A stretch of DNA of 64,000 bases from Tubiluchus corallicola (Eukaryota > Animalia > Priapulida). Position numbers and translations under genes: made by a program. The DNA is taken from positions 483,685 through 547,684 of the forward strand of contig JAQGDQ010000061.1 of the NCBI GenBank assembly GCA_030141605.1, given 5' to 3'. The notes beneath the pieces are model-generated. The model was not told the origin of the DNA. It saw nothing but the letters and a program-made list of their open reading frames with translations, and did not search any database. Numbering within the stretch: position 1 is the first letter of the stretch; each line of letters begins with the position of its first letter. Positions 24,575-47,860 of this stretch are shown piece after piece.

Positions 24575-27500
24575 CGCATTTTGCCTGTATAAAGGTGATC
24601 TCCTCTGTTCTTTTACTAGTCCAATTTGATTAATCCCACGACCGAGCAAACCCTATCTCATCATGACGTTTGAATCTACTTCACGTAATTTGCCAACAAA
24701 GGTATCGTTTTTCTCACACATCATTCTATTGTTTTGTGGATAGATGTCAGAAGAGTTATAGACTGTTTGGCCTCCGCATCTGCAGGTACCGAACCAAACA
24801 GGGTACTCCTACAGTTCAATATGATTGAACTAGTGAATTTAAAATCCAATTGCCAATTCTCGACAGCTTTGGCTTAATGTAAATCTCGAGTAGTGAATAC
24901 TTCCATAGAAAGGACCCAGTCCTTAGGCTTTGTAGCCCTGAAGCAGAAGCACCCTTATCGAAGTTATACCATCAATAAGTTATGGAACTAGTTACTCAAA
25001 AATAGGAATTTGTCTTACAATCAAATTCGTAGATAAGATAGCATAGGCATCAAAAATTTGATGTGAAAATAAAATGAAATCGAATTATCACGAATGACAA
25101 GGCACAAACACTTAAGATAAGGATCCATTTTTTTGGACAGCCTGTTTTCGCGTGCACTTCTATGTTTGCACTTTTGTTTAACAGTGAGTTCTATTTTGTA
25201 ATTAACAATGCAGCTTCTTTTTCAGATTAGTAATTATTCTCTACAAGTCCATTGAAAAACTACATTCCTAAGCAAAACACAGTTATAGTTTACTGAACCT
25301 GCGTGTGCACACTATGGTTTAATTACTGGTTACTCTGATCAGAAGTTTTTAGCGTGAACTGTACCTTTCCAATGCTTGCCAGAAAAACACGCTATTCTAA
25401 TTGTAACTCAATGGTCTCTTTTTTTAACACTTCTTACAAGTTTCAACCGATGATTCATTGACAACTGCGGAAAAAAGCAGCTTTTATGTTGGTTTTAACG
25501 CAAGGGAAAAAGAGCCTTGATCCATGATCACGGCATCCCAACTATAGGTATTAATTTTTTTTAATTTAGGGAAAAGTGGTTCTTTAGTAAGAAAATTTGG
25601 TTAGCATACTCTCACTTCCGTTCTTTCGTCTCACACTTTGCCTTCAGATTTGCATTAAGCGGTCAAAGGTAAAATAGCTATTTGTGGAGGAGAAAGTGAT
25701 TCAATACACTGTGTTTTAAAGGGCAAGATTCAAATACATAACTCCAGAAAGTGATATTAATTTAAAAAAACAAAAAACTAAACATCTGTTGAATGTTTCT
25801 TTTTGTAAAGATCGATGTTCTCTTCTCTTAAACAAAACCACCAGATACCGGCAAAATCGCTAGCCAGTGTAGACTTGTTCGTTTTTTAATGTTGCTATGA
25901 TACATGATGCAGAACTATCGAAAAATGTTCCATCTCATTGCTATACTAATTTCGTTGTTGGTCGCGTCATCTAGATGTGTACATGCATGTTAAAGGGAAA
26001 CCGGACCCAACTTAATCTATAGCTCAAACAGTCTACCCTGTAAAATATTGAAAGGAATTTACCACTGTTTCAAGAGTGATTTACAAGTTCGCGCGGCTAG
26101 TACATGCATTTTACCAATCGCTAGTTAGATGGGTCCCATGTCAGCATCTCGAAAACGTGTTGCAAAAAACAGGTACTGTACCTCTCAGTTCATAGGCGTT
26201 CAGTTGTGACGTAGTGCATACGTTCGTAAGAGCACAGTAAACATGAAATTTCAGTTTGTAACTTAAAATACGCTGAGTTTTTTGTAATTTGTACAATAAC
26301 ACTGTGCTTCAGTTTTAGCTATCGCAACACGCTCATGGAATGTTTGTGCTGTTGAAAATTATGTCTAGTTCAATTTGATCGCCTCCATTAATTAAGTTTT
26401 CAACTTATTATTTAGTTATCAGAAACGCTTTGTCGTTTTTATAGGCATTAAAATGCATGCTTTGTATCGTAATTCAAAATAGGATTGGATGTGGAATATC
26501 ATCATGTTTTCTTTTAATAGAGGTGACAAGTGAGCGAGTTGATTATTGTTATGGGCAATGCTACTTATTCAAGTTCTTGACATAAAGCACAGAAGTCATG
26601 TCATAACCACATAAATTTATTATCAGATAATTTTCAACATGTATTGTAGTGTTAAAAAGAGAACTTCAATACCCAATGTCGACTCTGCGTATTTATAAAC
26701 CAAACTGAAAATAACAGTTTCCTTAAAAGTATTCGGTGTTATAAAGAAATGATATTACGTACTGCTTTGTGTTTTGTTACTTTCAACAATCGTTGACAAG
26801 ATTTTATTCCACTAGCAACAAAGCTGGCGAAATTCAAAGCATTTAACGTTGCTCATAAACTCTTACTTGGCCGCTGGACGCATCCTTTGACTTCGAGAAG
26901 GCTTCTACAAACTGGAAATATTTGGCAACCCTGTATTAATAACGGGGATGGCATTCAAGTGGTGGGATCCAGTCTCGGGGATCAGTATGCAGATGGAACA
27001 GCCGCCTACTGTTTCGGCGCCCATCAAAAAACGGAAAATTATAAACGTTTTTTCTGCAAGTTGCTAAAAGATAACAAATGTCACCATGTATTGGATGTCG
27101 CCTGCGGTACAGGGTAAGTAACGCAACGTTATGTAGGTTAAATATTATGCTATATTAAATATTTTAATACTACATACCGTTCATTCTAAAAGTGGCTTTG
27201 AAAACGGAATCATTTGATTACGTTTTATTGTCCGCCCATTAAAGTGATTAGCAATATTACATTTAGGTACAGTACATAAACTCAAATGAGACCATCTCCG
27301 CAATATAGCAAAAAGGGGCGAAAAAAGTGTCAAAATTGTTTTTGGTGGGAATTAAGCTTTTCCAGAAACGCAAACGCTCTGTTCCACGAACTGTGCAAAG
27401 ACTTACTGCAATTTTCTTTAAATTATTATACACTAGGTTTTTAACAAATTCTGCAATTTGTCAAAGCAAAGAATAAAAGAATGCCAGAGAATAAGTAAAT

Positions 27501-30500
27501 AGAACAAAGGCAACATTTACAAAGTGGCTGTTACGTATTTCTTGAAATAGTAGTCGATTAGTAGAGAAAGGCCTAGTAAAGCAGAATGTCTTCCGAAAAA
27601 GTTATTACTTTCGCCAATGCATTTTTATGCGTACACAACACACGATGTGTTGACAGTGCGCAAAAATATAGCCAGTTAGTTAGTTTATTGACTATAATTC
27701 TACATAATTTGAGACAAAAACACTATAACATTGGGTAACCAGAAAAAAGCTATTGTCCAAAAAGACGTTACCAAAGTGACTCATCGAGAACAACAAAGAT
27801 AAAATAAAAGCAAAATGCTATACAGTTAAGTACACCAATTCTATGCCTATATATTACTGTCGTAAAAAATACAATACTATAGATAACAGGTCTGCGAATA
27901 ATCTCTAATCATGTATTGGCAGAAACTTTATGAATTATTAAGTTTTGCATGACGAAAGACATTTGGCCTAGACTCAAAATAACGTTACTCAATCCGTAAA
28001 TAACTTCAATACATATACAGGAACGCAAATCTATTTTCTTCAAGCATAACAGATCTGTACCTCACACATTAAAGTATTGGTGAATAATAACTTTTTTCTG
28101 AAAACATTCTGTTTTAGTAGGCCTTCTTCCACAGAAGTAATAATCTTTATACCTCCCTATATCATTCCATTTATGAGCTCTATTCATTGTATCATTTCGC
28201 TTCGAAGCACTAACTTTTTTCTCTATCACCTCATAATTTCCACTTTTACCCAATAGTTTTTTACTTTTACTGGGTGGAACATTCGAACAAGTGCTGCATT
28301 TTAATTGTCAGCGACGCATTTAGACATATAGACAGTCGTGAGTTTGATCCATTTCATATTCCAAAGCAAAAATTAATAGTAAAATAAAATGGTACTACAT
28401 TCATTACAGGCGCTGGATTGTTCTACATTAACATTGTTATAAATGCGTTGTGAAAATGAATGACTTAAGACTTATTTCAGGAACTAAATACGTCACTTTG
28501 TAGACGGGACTTTGTTGTGTCTGTAACGTTTGTAAAACGAAGTTATTAATTCTTTATAAACTCTGAATAAAAGCGACGAAATGTTTTCGCGGACTGACCT
28601 ATAATGGTTGAAATTATTAATTTTCTCTATACTAAAGATACGACTCCATCATGTTGATCGAGGAAGGCTTTAATGTCAAAAGCGTAGATGCTAGTGATAA
28701 GATGTTGATGTATGCATTAAAAGAAAGATGGCGTCGCCGAAAGGATCCAGGTTTTGATGATTGGGGTAAGTTTTTATCACGGTTGAAAATTAGTTAAATT
28801 TAACTTAGTCATTCAGTCTGAAAGCTTAATTTTACTTAACGCAGTGCTTTGCAGACCTACTAACAATTCTAATGTGCAACCTTCAGAACATTTATTAGGA
28901 GGGTCGTCAGAGTACCACCTTTGTAAAAATTGTAGAAAAAGAAAACATATAACTAACAGTTCAAACATGTTTTGTTTTTGTTTATATGCCTTTAAAATCG
29001 CCTAAGTTTTGCATTTTTATCAACATTTCTTATTGACTTATCTGATCAGAGATTCTATTTTCAGAAATAGAAGAAGCAAACTGGTTGACACTAACAAATG
29101 ACATAAACAAACCAGAAAATCAGGATGGGTATGATGCCGTCATATGTTTAGGTGGTTATACGCTCAGATGATTAAGTTTAACTGTGAAATGCGTATGCTA
29201 GAGTGTATAGACTATAAATACGTGCGCGAGGCTCTAGGAGCTTCGTCACTCATAAATCATTGAACATTTACTACTGATATGTGTGCAAACATTTACTAAG
29301 CGAAATAATTAGAGCCAGCAAAAATTACTTTGACGTTAGGATAATTTGTAGGTTAGTGAAGCCTGCCCGATTTATCAAGGCCAATGCAGCGCCTACGGGC
29401 ACACCTATAACAGGACTGGGATAAGTATGGGCATCATAGGGAATTGTCCGTAAAGATTCTAAAAGATCACTTTAGAGCTTGCGCAAAATACTGACCAGAA
29501 CAAAATCACACATTCGATATATGCATTGAAGTAAAAGCACAAAACTCGGTGTGCAGTTATAATACTGCAGTGGTTCTTGTCTTTATCCGAGCCTGTATAG
29601 AATCCATTTTATGTGTACGTTTCAGAGAGGGACAAGTTTGTTGTTTAAACCACAACGACCTAGCTTGTACGTCTTTGGTTTCATTTTACAAACAGAACAC
29701 AATCACACATTCAATATATGCGCGCTTATCTGAAAGCACAAAACTCGGTATATAGTTATAATACTACAGTGATTCGTGTCCTTATCCAAACCTGTACAGA
29801 ATTCATTTTGTGTGTAAATTTCAGAGAGGGACAAGTTTGTTGTTTAAACCCAACGAGTTAGCTTGTGCAATTGTCTTTGGTTTCGTTTCACGAAAGTTAA
29901 ACGAAATGCGCATTCTTCGTCCGTTGTATTGACAACCAGCACATCCTGAGCCAATCCACGTTCAAATCCATGCCGAGTCGACTCAATGAAAGTGGACAAG
30001 ATGCAGACTTGGCCCCAATTTCATCGTCTATTTTTTCCTTCGTGTTTTACAAGGGAAAGTGTCCATCCCTGGCATCACTGGTATGTTTAGTAATGAATTT
30101 TTCTTTACATATTTTAGGAAACTCTTTTGCGCATTTACCAAATCTTGACGATCGAATGACAAGCCAAAAAACAGCTCTACGCAATATGGCAGCCATGACT
30201 CGCACGGGCGGATTCCTAATAATCGACCACCGTAATTTCGACTACATTGTGGATACTGGAAAAGTCCCGAAGTTGAGACAGAATATATATGCAACAGTAC
30301 GTAACGTATTAAAGTACTTTACGAACCTATAGTGGTGTTTGTGCTAATGATAGCAGTAGTAGTGAAAGTGGTGAAGGCGTTGGTGTAGTAGTGGTAGTGG
30401 TAATGGTAGTGGCAGTGATAGTGGAAGTTGTTGCGGCAGGACAGTGGGAGTGGAGTGATAGTAGTAGTGGCAACAAGAGTAATTGTAATTGTGGTAGTGG

Positions 30501-31433
30501 TTGTGGTAGTAATAGTACAACTAGTGCTAGTGCTAGTGTAGTGGTACTGATAGCGGTCATGGTAACGGTATTGGTATTGGTGTTAGTATTGGCATTAGCA
30601 ATGGTAGTAGTAGTGGTGGTTGTGGTCGTGGTCGTGGTCGTGGTAGAGGAGTAGTAAACTGCTTATACCTGAACTTATTTTATCTGTACAGCAAACATAG
30701 CTTGCTTTAGAACTTGCAGTAACGCGGCGTCTGAATGAGTTGATATTTTAAACTTGCGAAAATTTTCGTGTAGTCTAAAACACCAGTTATTCGATTATTT
30801 ATCAGTATGGTGAAGGTAACTGGTTCCAACCCAGGCTGTGTTTTAACTTTTCACATTTCCTGTTCTTTTAGTTTGGTATCAAATTTTACTAATTATGGGT
30901 TTATATACTATCATCAGATTACCACTGACTAATCATTGACGCATCGTTTGCTTTTTAGGCCTCTCAGTTTACCAACGTAACTACTAATATACTCTACGTT
31001 AACGGGTCAGCAAAACTAGTGACATTGGACTTCACCTTAGACTGGAGTTACTTGCAGAAACAAGAAAAATATGAAGAAGTTGCGGCTAGACAAACGTCTC
31101 TAAGGAAGAAGCCAGTTATACCTATAAAGTAAGGTTAATGCGGTAATGTGTTAATGGTGCATGCACATTAAGTCGTCTCTTTAGACATTTCTGTAGGCAA
31201 AGTAACTTACTCACTTTTCGGATTCTGTTAATATCTTAATGTCTTTCAGCCATTATCGACTTTCGTACTATCCGCTTCGTCTAGAGTCTTTCAAGAAGTT
31301 GTTAAAAGAGACGTTTGACGATTTATGCACAATGACGCTGTACGCCGATTTCAAACCAGTAGAGGAGATAATGGATGAGCCACCGGCTTTCTATATACAC
31401 GTGGTTAAAAAATTGGGCAAGAAGGGCGTTTGA
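23311..31433 (+). CDS. GNMT: glycine N-methyltransferase-like SAM-dependent methyltransferase, ~353 aa, 7 coding exons, with N-terminal extension
   Basis: Exons: 23311-23326 (MFEIL+G, inferred), 26816-27113 (..[15 protein letters not shown]), 28638-28765 ([26 protein letters not shown]), 29065-29151 ([15 protein letters not shown]), 30118-30296 ([22 protein letters not shown]), 30959-31128 (VTLDFT), 31250-31433 ([20 protein letters not shown]). Phases are compatible, total 1062 nt. Motifs are colinear with vertebrate GNMT. Confidence 0.92.
23907..24000. repeat. ~45-bp tandem duplication (gtgcttaattctattatgacgtaaaaaataacaat..tatatata) x2
   Basis: Directly visible. Confidence 0.85.
24128..24821. 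mobile_element. foldback / long inverted repeat: ~250-bp arms around a (TA)n/(CT)n spacer
   Basis: Arm 24128-24379 is the reverse complement of arm 24572-24821 with scattered mismatches (e.g. ccaaacagtctataactcttctgacatctatccacaaaacaataga vs tctattgttttgtggatagatgtcagaagagttatagactgtttgg). Confidence 0.9.
29497..29895. repeat. ~197-bp tandem duplication in a GNMT-like intron
   Basis: Copies 29497-29692 and 29693-29895 share cagaac.aatcacacattc, aaagcacaaaactcggt and tttcagagagggacaagtttgttgtttaaacc. Confidence 0.9.
30350..30655. repeat. cryptic (GTN)n trinucleotide low-complexity tract
   Basis: Directly visible. Confidence 0.85.
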
Positions 31434-31475
31434 GAACGCTCCGGAAGAAACGTCAGCGTGGGAAAAATACAATGA

Positions 31476-31523
31476 AATAAACCAAAAATAAATAAATTAT
31501 TCTATAAAATCATGATTTTTATT
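31476..31523. terminator. back-to-back polyadenylation signals of the convergent GNMT-like (+) and SLC23 paralog B (-) genes
   Basis: AATAAA on + at 31476, 31487 and 31491; TTTATT (AATAAA on -) at 31518-31523. Confidence 0.55.
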
Positions 31524-31689
31524 AGAAACTCTTAATCTCTATTAACATACATACATTCAAAATCGTTTATCACATTTTTACAGTATAATATATACAGTTT
31601 TACGAAGACAACTTTCAATCAAACCGTAATTGGCTTATATAAGTTGCCAGTGCAGTGAGCAATTTTAATAACACAGGAAAATGATTTTG

Positions 31690-42886
<11,197 letters not shown>

Positions 42887-43210
42887 AGTTTGCTGCTTAG
42901 CAGACACAAATAATGACACAATTTGCCGAGAATGTAGTTTAATAAGTTGTAAAGAAATCCACAAACTTGTCAGCAACTAGTATCGATCCGCATTAGTGCA
43001 TAATAACTAAAAGTGAAATCTCACCATGTAAATTCTCAATTAAAAAACTGCCAGCTACAACAGGTTGTAAGAAAATTACAGGTAACTCATACATATTAGG
43101 CAAACCCAATCGCTAAGTTAAAAGACGCGAATCCTTGTTTAAAACAAGTTTTGCCAACAGAATCAACTTGCAACTACACAACAATAGCGTCACAAATTTT
43201 TTCTACTTAC

Positions 43211-43270
43211 GGCAACGACCTTGACTAGACTGTAAATGTGCTACCACACCAAAAGTTGTATATTATAATT
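43211..43270 (-). promoter_or_regulatory. putative TATA + initiator and short non-coding first exon of SLC23 paralog B
   Basis: On the minus strand: TATAAT-like box at ~43262-43268, acagtc initiator-like motif at ~43230, and a GTAAGT donor at 43210-43205 upstream of the ATG exon acceptor (~42893-42897). Confidence 0.45.
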
Positions 43271-45299
43271 AGATTTTCGCTCACTGGTGTTTGTGGTATT
43301 TCAAATTTCAAATAAACTTCCCAAAGAATTCTGAAATTTTTAGAATTCCTCTAACAAGAATAGATGTCAGCACTCAGCAGCTTGCTTTGCTCTAGTCAGT
43401 AGTATATTCGTCACTAATGGAGTTGTACATACAAGTCTATAGCGAAAACGACAAAAACGAACAAAAAAAATATGAGAGCCTACATTCTGTTAACCGCGTA
43501 CTGAACGTCACTATGATGCGCGCTATAGTTATTACGCTCTAGTTTCGCGACACCGGATGCTGCAAAATAGAGCAGTTCAAGTCGTGAAATTTTGATTTTC
43601 GCACTCACATCGCTTCGGCTAACTGACAGAATTATAACACGAATAAGACGACAGCAGCTGTAGCAGCGTAAACCCAGCTGCTTAGGGGTTCAGCGTTACC
43701 AAAATTGCCGCTGCTCTCTCAGAATTTGGCATGGCAAACTAGAACGGACATATTTCTGCCATTGTATAGTAGTCAAACCGACCGTTTCAAAATGATTTGT
43801 CACGGGCCACATGAAATGTCAGAACAGCACTGGATATGCATACAGTTATACAAGAATGACCGTGAGTTGGCAATTTATGTAATTGTCACCCTGTCACCAC
43901 GCCTACATATTTGTTGAATGAAGGAAGAGTTATTTAAATCCTTAAAGCAACAATTTTATGATAAAATTCTTTTAATGATTTAAGATTTTTGTGTCTATTA
44001 TTTCGCATTCTGCATTTATTTCGGATGTTTTGTTCACGCTTCATATATAATATAATGCCAGCATAGGCCGCAGGCTGTAGCTCACTGACACTGGCGTTTC
44101 AGTACGTTAAAATTTAGGCAAGTGATTTAGAACTCTTAAGCTAAAGTTAAAATTTTTCACTATTTCTTTACTATTTTTGTCTTTCTTAATTCTATTTACC
44201 CCCATTCTTAATCAGGTGTAACAGGATATTGAAATGCAAGCTAATTTTACTCTCGTTATAAAGAAAGTTCTATTTTGAGATGCTTTCCAAGAAGGTATGT
44301 TAAATTCCAATGATAACAAATTTACAATATTTGCCGATAGGGTGCTGCACCGTCCAATTGCAGGCTACTCTGCTGCCGGCTTCTATGCATTAATTCACTG
44401 TAACTAGATTCAAATTTCTGCATGCTGCATTAGATATGAGGACTATCACTAGTGTATTTTAGCGTCTGGTCTAAAATTTTAGTCGATTACTTAGTAATTT
44501 GTGCATTGTATGTATTGTTTCTTTCCCTAATAAAACTTGGCCGAGTTCGTCCATGTACAATGCCAGCCAATTTCGCTCAAATGTATTGATGAGTATTTTC
44601 ATACATTTTTTGTCAAACTCCTTTCATTCTGGTTGAGCCGTGTTATTTGTGGAAACCAACAAATTTGTGCGCCTGACATTGGAATCTGAAAGCCTAAAGG
44701 TCATTCATAGAACTGTGCAAGATAGATAAAAGGAAACTTGGTAAAAACCTAAAAATGGTGCATCGCGGTGCATGTATAAATACACTCATCTGATACATGA
44801 ATAGGGCTCATAATAAGCAAATTGTTTAAAATGACACCTTTTTGGAATAAGTTGCTGTTCGGTGATAGGGACAACGAGTTCTTAAAATGAAATTTACAAC
44901 CAGCGCCTAATTAAGCAAAGACATGGCTTTTATTCACAGACATCTGCAACGTTTCGTCTAGTTATGGTCATGTCCACGCAACAATCCAGATAAACGAAAA
45001 TGCAAAAATTGCAAAAATTAACATTATGAGAAGCAAACAAGACAAATACCAAACTCGAAATTGCCATTTTCATTTTAAGTTGCTGATTATATCGATAGCT
45101 GTCTCGGTTTTACCACTAGTATACCTCTTTGTACACACTATATATAACCAAGTTATGTGATTACAAAGTTGCGTGTTTTAGGATAAACTTGCTGGGCTCC
45201 TGAGAAACGAACACAGGTCAAAGAGAAACATTTTGGAAAAATCAATATAATTAAATCATGCTAATAATAATAAAGAGTCATAAACTTTGACACTTATCG

Positions 45300-45610
45300 T
45301 TACTGTTGCCAGTTATTGTCGTTGTCGCTGTTGCTGTCGGTTCTCGGTTGTTGTTGTCGTTGTTGTTGTCTCTCTTGTCATTGTCGTTGTTGTCGATGTC
45401 ATCGCTGTTGTCCCTGCTGTCGCTGCTGTTGTTGTCGTTGGTGTTGTTACCGTTGTCAGTCTTTGTCTTTGTAGTTGTCGTTGTTTCTGCTGCTGCTGCT
45501 GCTGTTGTTGTTATTGTTGTTGTTGTTCTTCTTCTTCTTGTTGTTGTTGTAGCTGTTGCTGTTGCTGTTGTTCACGTTATCGCTGTCGCCGCGCTATTGC
45601 TGCTGTTACT
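45300..45610. repeat. cryptic (TGT/TGC/TCG)n low-complexity tract
   Basis: Directly visible. Confidence 0.9.
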
Positions 45611-46152
45611 ATTATTTGGAAGATTTTAGAAGCTTCGGTTTCAAAGTCGATTACATATCCCGTCATATGCAGTTTTACACATAATTATTTTAAAAGTTCG
45701 ATTACAATGTTGTGAGTTGATGTAATTTAAAATAAGCATACACAATGGAAATAAGTGAGTGAGAAGACCGAATTGAACTAATCGATTGTGATCGAATCGG
45801 TTGCCGATATGTCAAATTTCCAAACATCGTCAGATTACTGTTGCATGTGGTAGGCCTAAGTGGTGGAAACACATTGCTGGCATCAATAAAAACGAACCTA
45901 GTTTTAACAAATTTTGTTTACGCTTATAAATCTTTTCTGTCCAGTTTCATTACAGTGACCTTTTGTTTAGTATTTGTTTTGAAGGAAAATGACCCATCAC
46001 TGATAAATAAGTTGATGTTTGTTATGCTGTTTTTTACTACACAATGTCATTAATAATGTCAATAATTATCGTGGTTTTACTGACCGCGTTTTTGTGCAAT
46101 TACTAAAAATGTGGGCACAAAAACTCTTTTATTGTACTCCTGAACACCTGAA

Positions 46153-46435
46153 TGACGTCATCGATGAAGCCTGCCCTCGCTGATGACGTCACTTGCTCTG
46201 GTTTAGTGAAATTAGTGCCGAGGAATGGTACTGCGCATCATTGGTGAGTCAACTCCCCCGCTAGTGTCAGTTCTGACTTTGGTACAACTTTATCACGAAG
46301 ATCGTGCAATTTAGTAGCGTGTTCAGTTTGTCAAATTTCCAGCTAGAAAGAGAAGGAAGGCAAACCACGTTTTTGGCGAAAAATAATTTTTTACGGAAAA
46401 TTTGGCTTTCAGAAAACGATTAAATAAAACAGAAG
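46153..46435 (+). promoter_or_regulatory. putative proctolin-gene promoter and non-coding exon 1 (46269-46435)
   Basis: Two perfect CRE palindromes TGACGTCA (46153-46160, 46184-46191), an AP-1 site TGAGTCA (46245-46251) and initiator TCAGTT (46267-46272). An ATG-free exon ends at the consensus donor AAG|GTAAG (46435|46436). The signal-peptide exon starts at an acceptor 1 nt before its ATG, so an upstream exon is expected. Confidence 0.65.
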
Positions 46436-46689
46436 GTAAGAATTATTGTTGAAATTGTCTGTGAAATTACGCGTTGAACTTATTAAAATTAGAATCAGCT
46501 TAATGAGAACTAACTTCAAAGGCGCTGGCAAATGCGTTGCTGTTCAATATTATAGCAGTTTGTGCTAATGTAACCTGTTATACATTGATTGTAACCTTTT
46601 AAGTTTGTTGCGAGTGCTGCTTTTCCTTTCTTATGAAAATTGGTAGTTAAAGGTATTTATATTTGGTAACTCACCATGTTACGATATAT

Positions 46690-47212
<523 letters not shown>

Positions 47213-47374
47213 TAAAAGCTTTACTTAAAGTGGATGACACCTTAAGCGTGATCCATTTCAGAACGACCTTTAAATATAACTGGTGTGTAATAATAAAAGT
47301 GTAGCAAAAAAAGAATGTTGAAATCACACGTATTTAAAGCCAGATTTATAATTAAGTTCGTAAGAATATTTCGA

Positions 47375-47860
47375 ATACGTCCGCCGGATGACGACCATGA
47401 AGACCGGACTTCAGTTGCGACTTCCCGAAATTCGATGGTCGTGGGATAGGTCACTTAGTGGCAAAGAAAGTTTCTTCTGCGTTGGCAAAGCAAAAAAAAT
47501 GTTTTGTTACCGCTGGACTAAATTGCATCGCATTTAAAAACTTAGTGCAGACGCATCAAAAAGTCTGACATTATAATTCGATGTATGTGTGAAGAAATGA
47601 CGAAAGTATGTTATTTTGGTACGCTCGTACTACGACTTCAGCGTCCAAACTACACCCTTATTGCGTTTGTGTCGTCATCTATTCCTTCCACAATTTTGCG
47701 AGATGACTTTGAGCATGTTCAACATGCTTTCCTTAAAGATTATAATGCGATTCTAGTCGCCGTTTCAAAGACCTCGAAGAAATGGGTGCGATCTGACGGA
47801 AACCTGGCCAATTTTTGAAGTCGCGGTGAGGTCTCCCGTAGGCGTGACGGGGGGGGCGTA
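47375..47860. mobile_element. possible degenerate Harbinger-like MITE
   Basis: Left tacgtccgcc..gcgacttc vs right gaagtcgc..gggggcgta form weak inverted termini around a CpG-richer interior. Confidence 0.3.

Noticed and set aside
25441-25547. Exon-like segment in GNMT-like intron 1
   Set aside because: Introduces an in-frame TGA; a poison exon is possible but unsupported.
26129-26172. Alternative GNMT-like first exon [14 protein letters not shown]|gtact
   Set aside because: Phase-2 donor; joining it to 26816 gives a stop within 11 codons.
26887-27117. TTG start for the GNMT-like gene, as given by the ORF track
   Set aside because: Eukaryotic gene; the frame stays open upstream to an acceptor at 26815, which a phase-1 upstream exon explains better.
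27685-28300. Possible decayed LINE 3' fragment on the minus strand
   Set aside because: No recognisable RT motif; cannot be supported without a repeat-library search.
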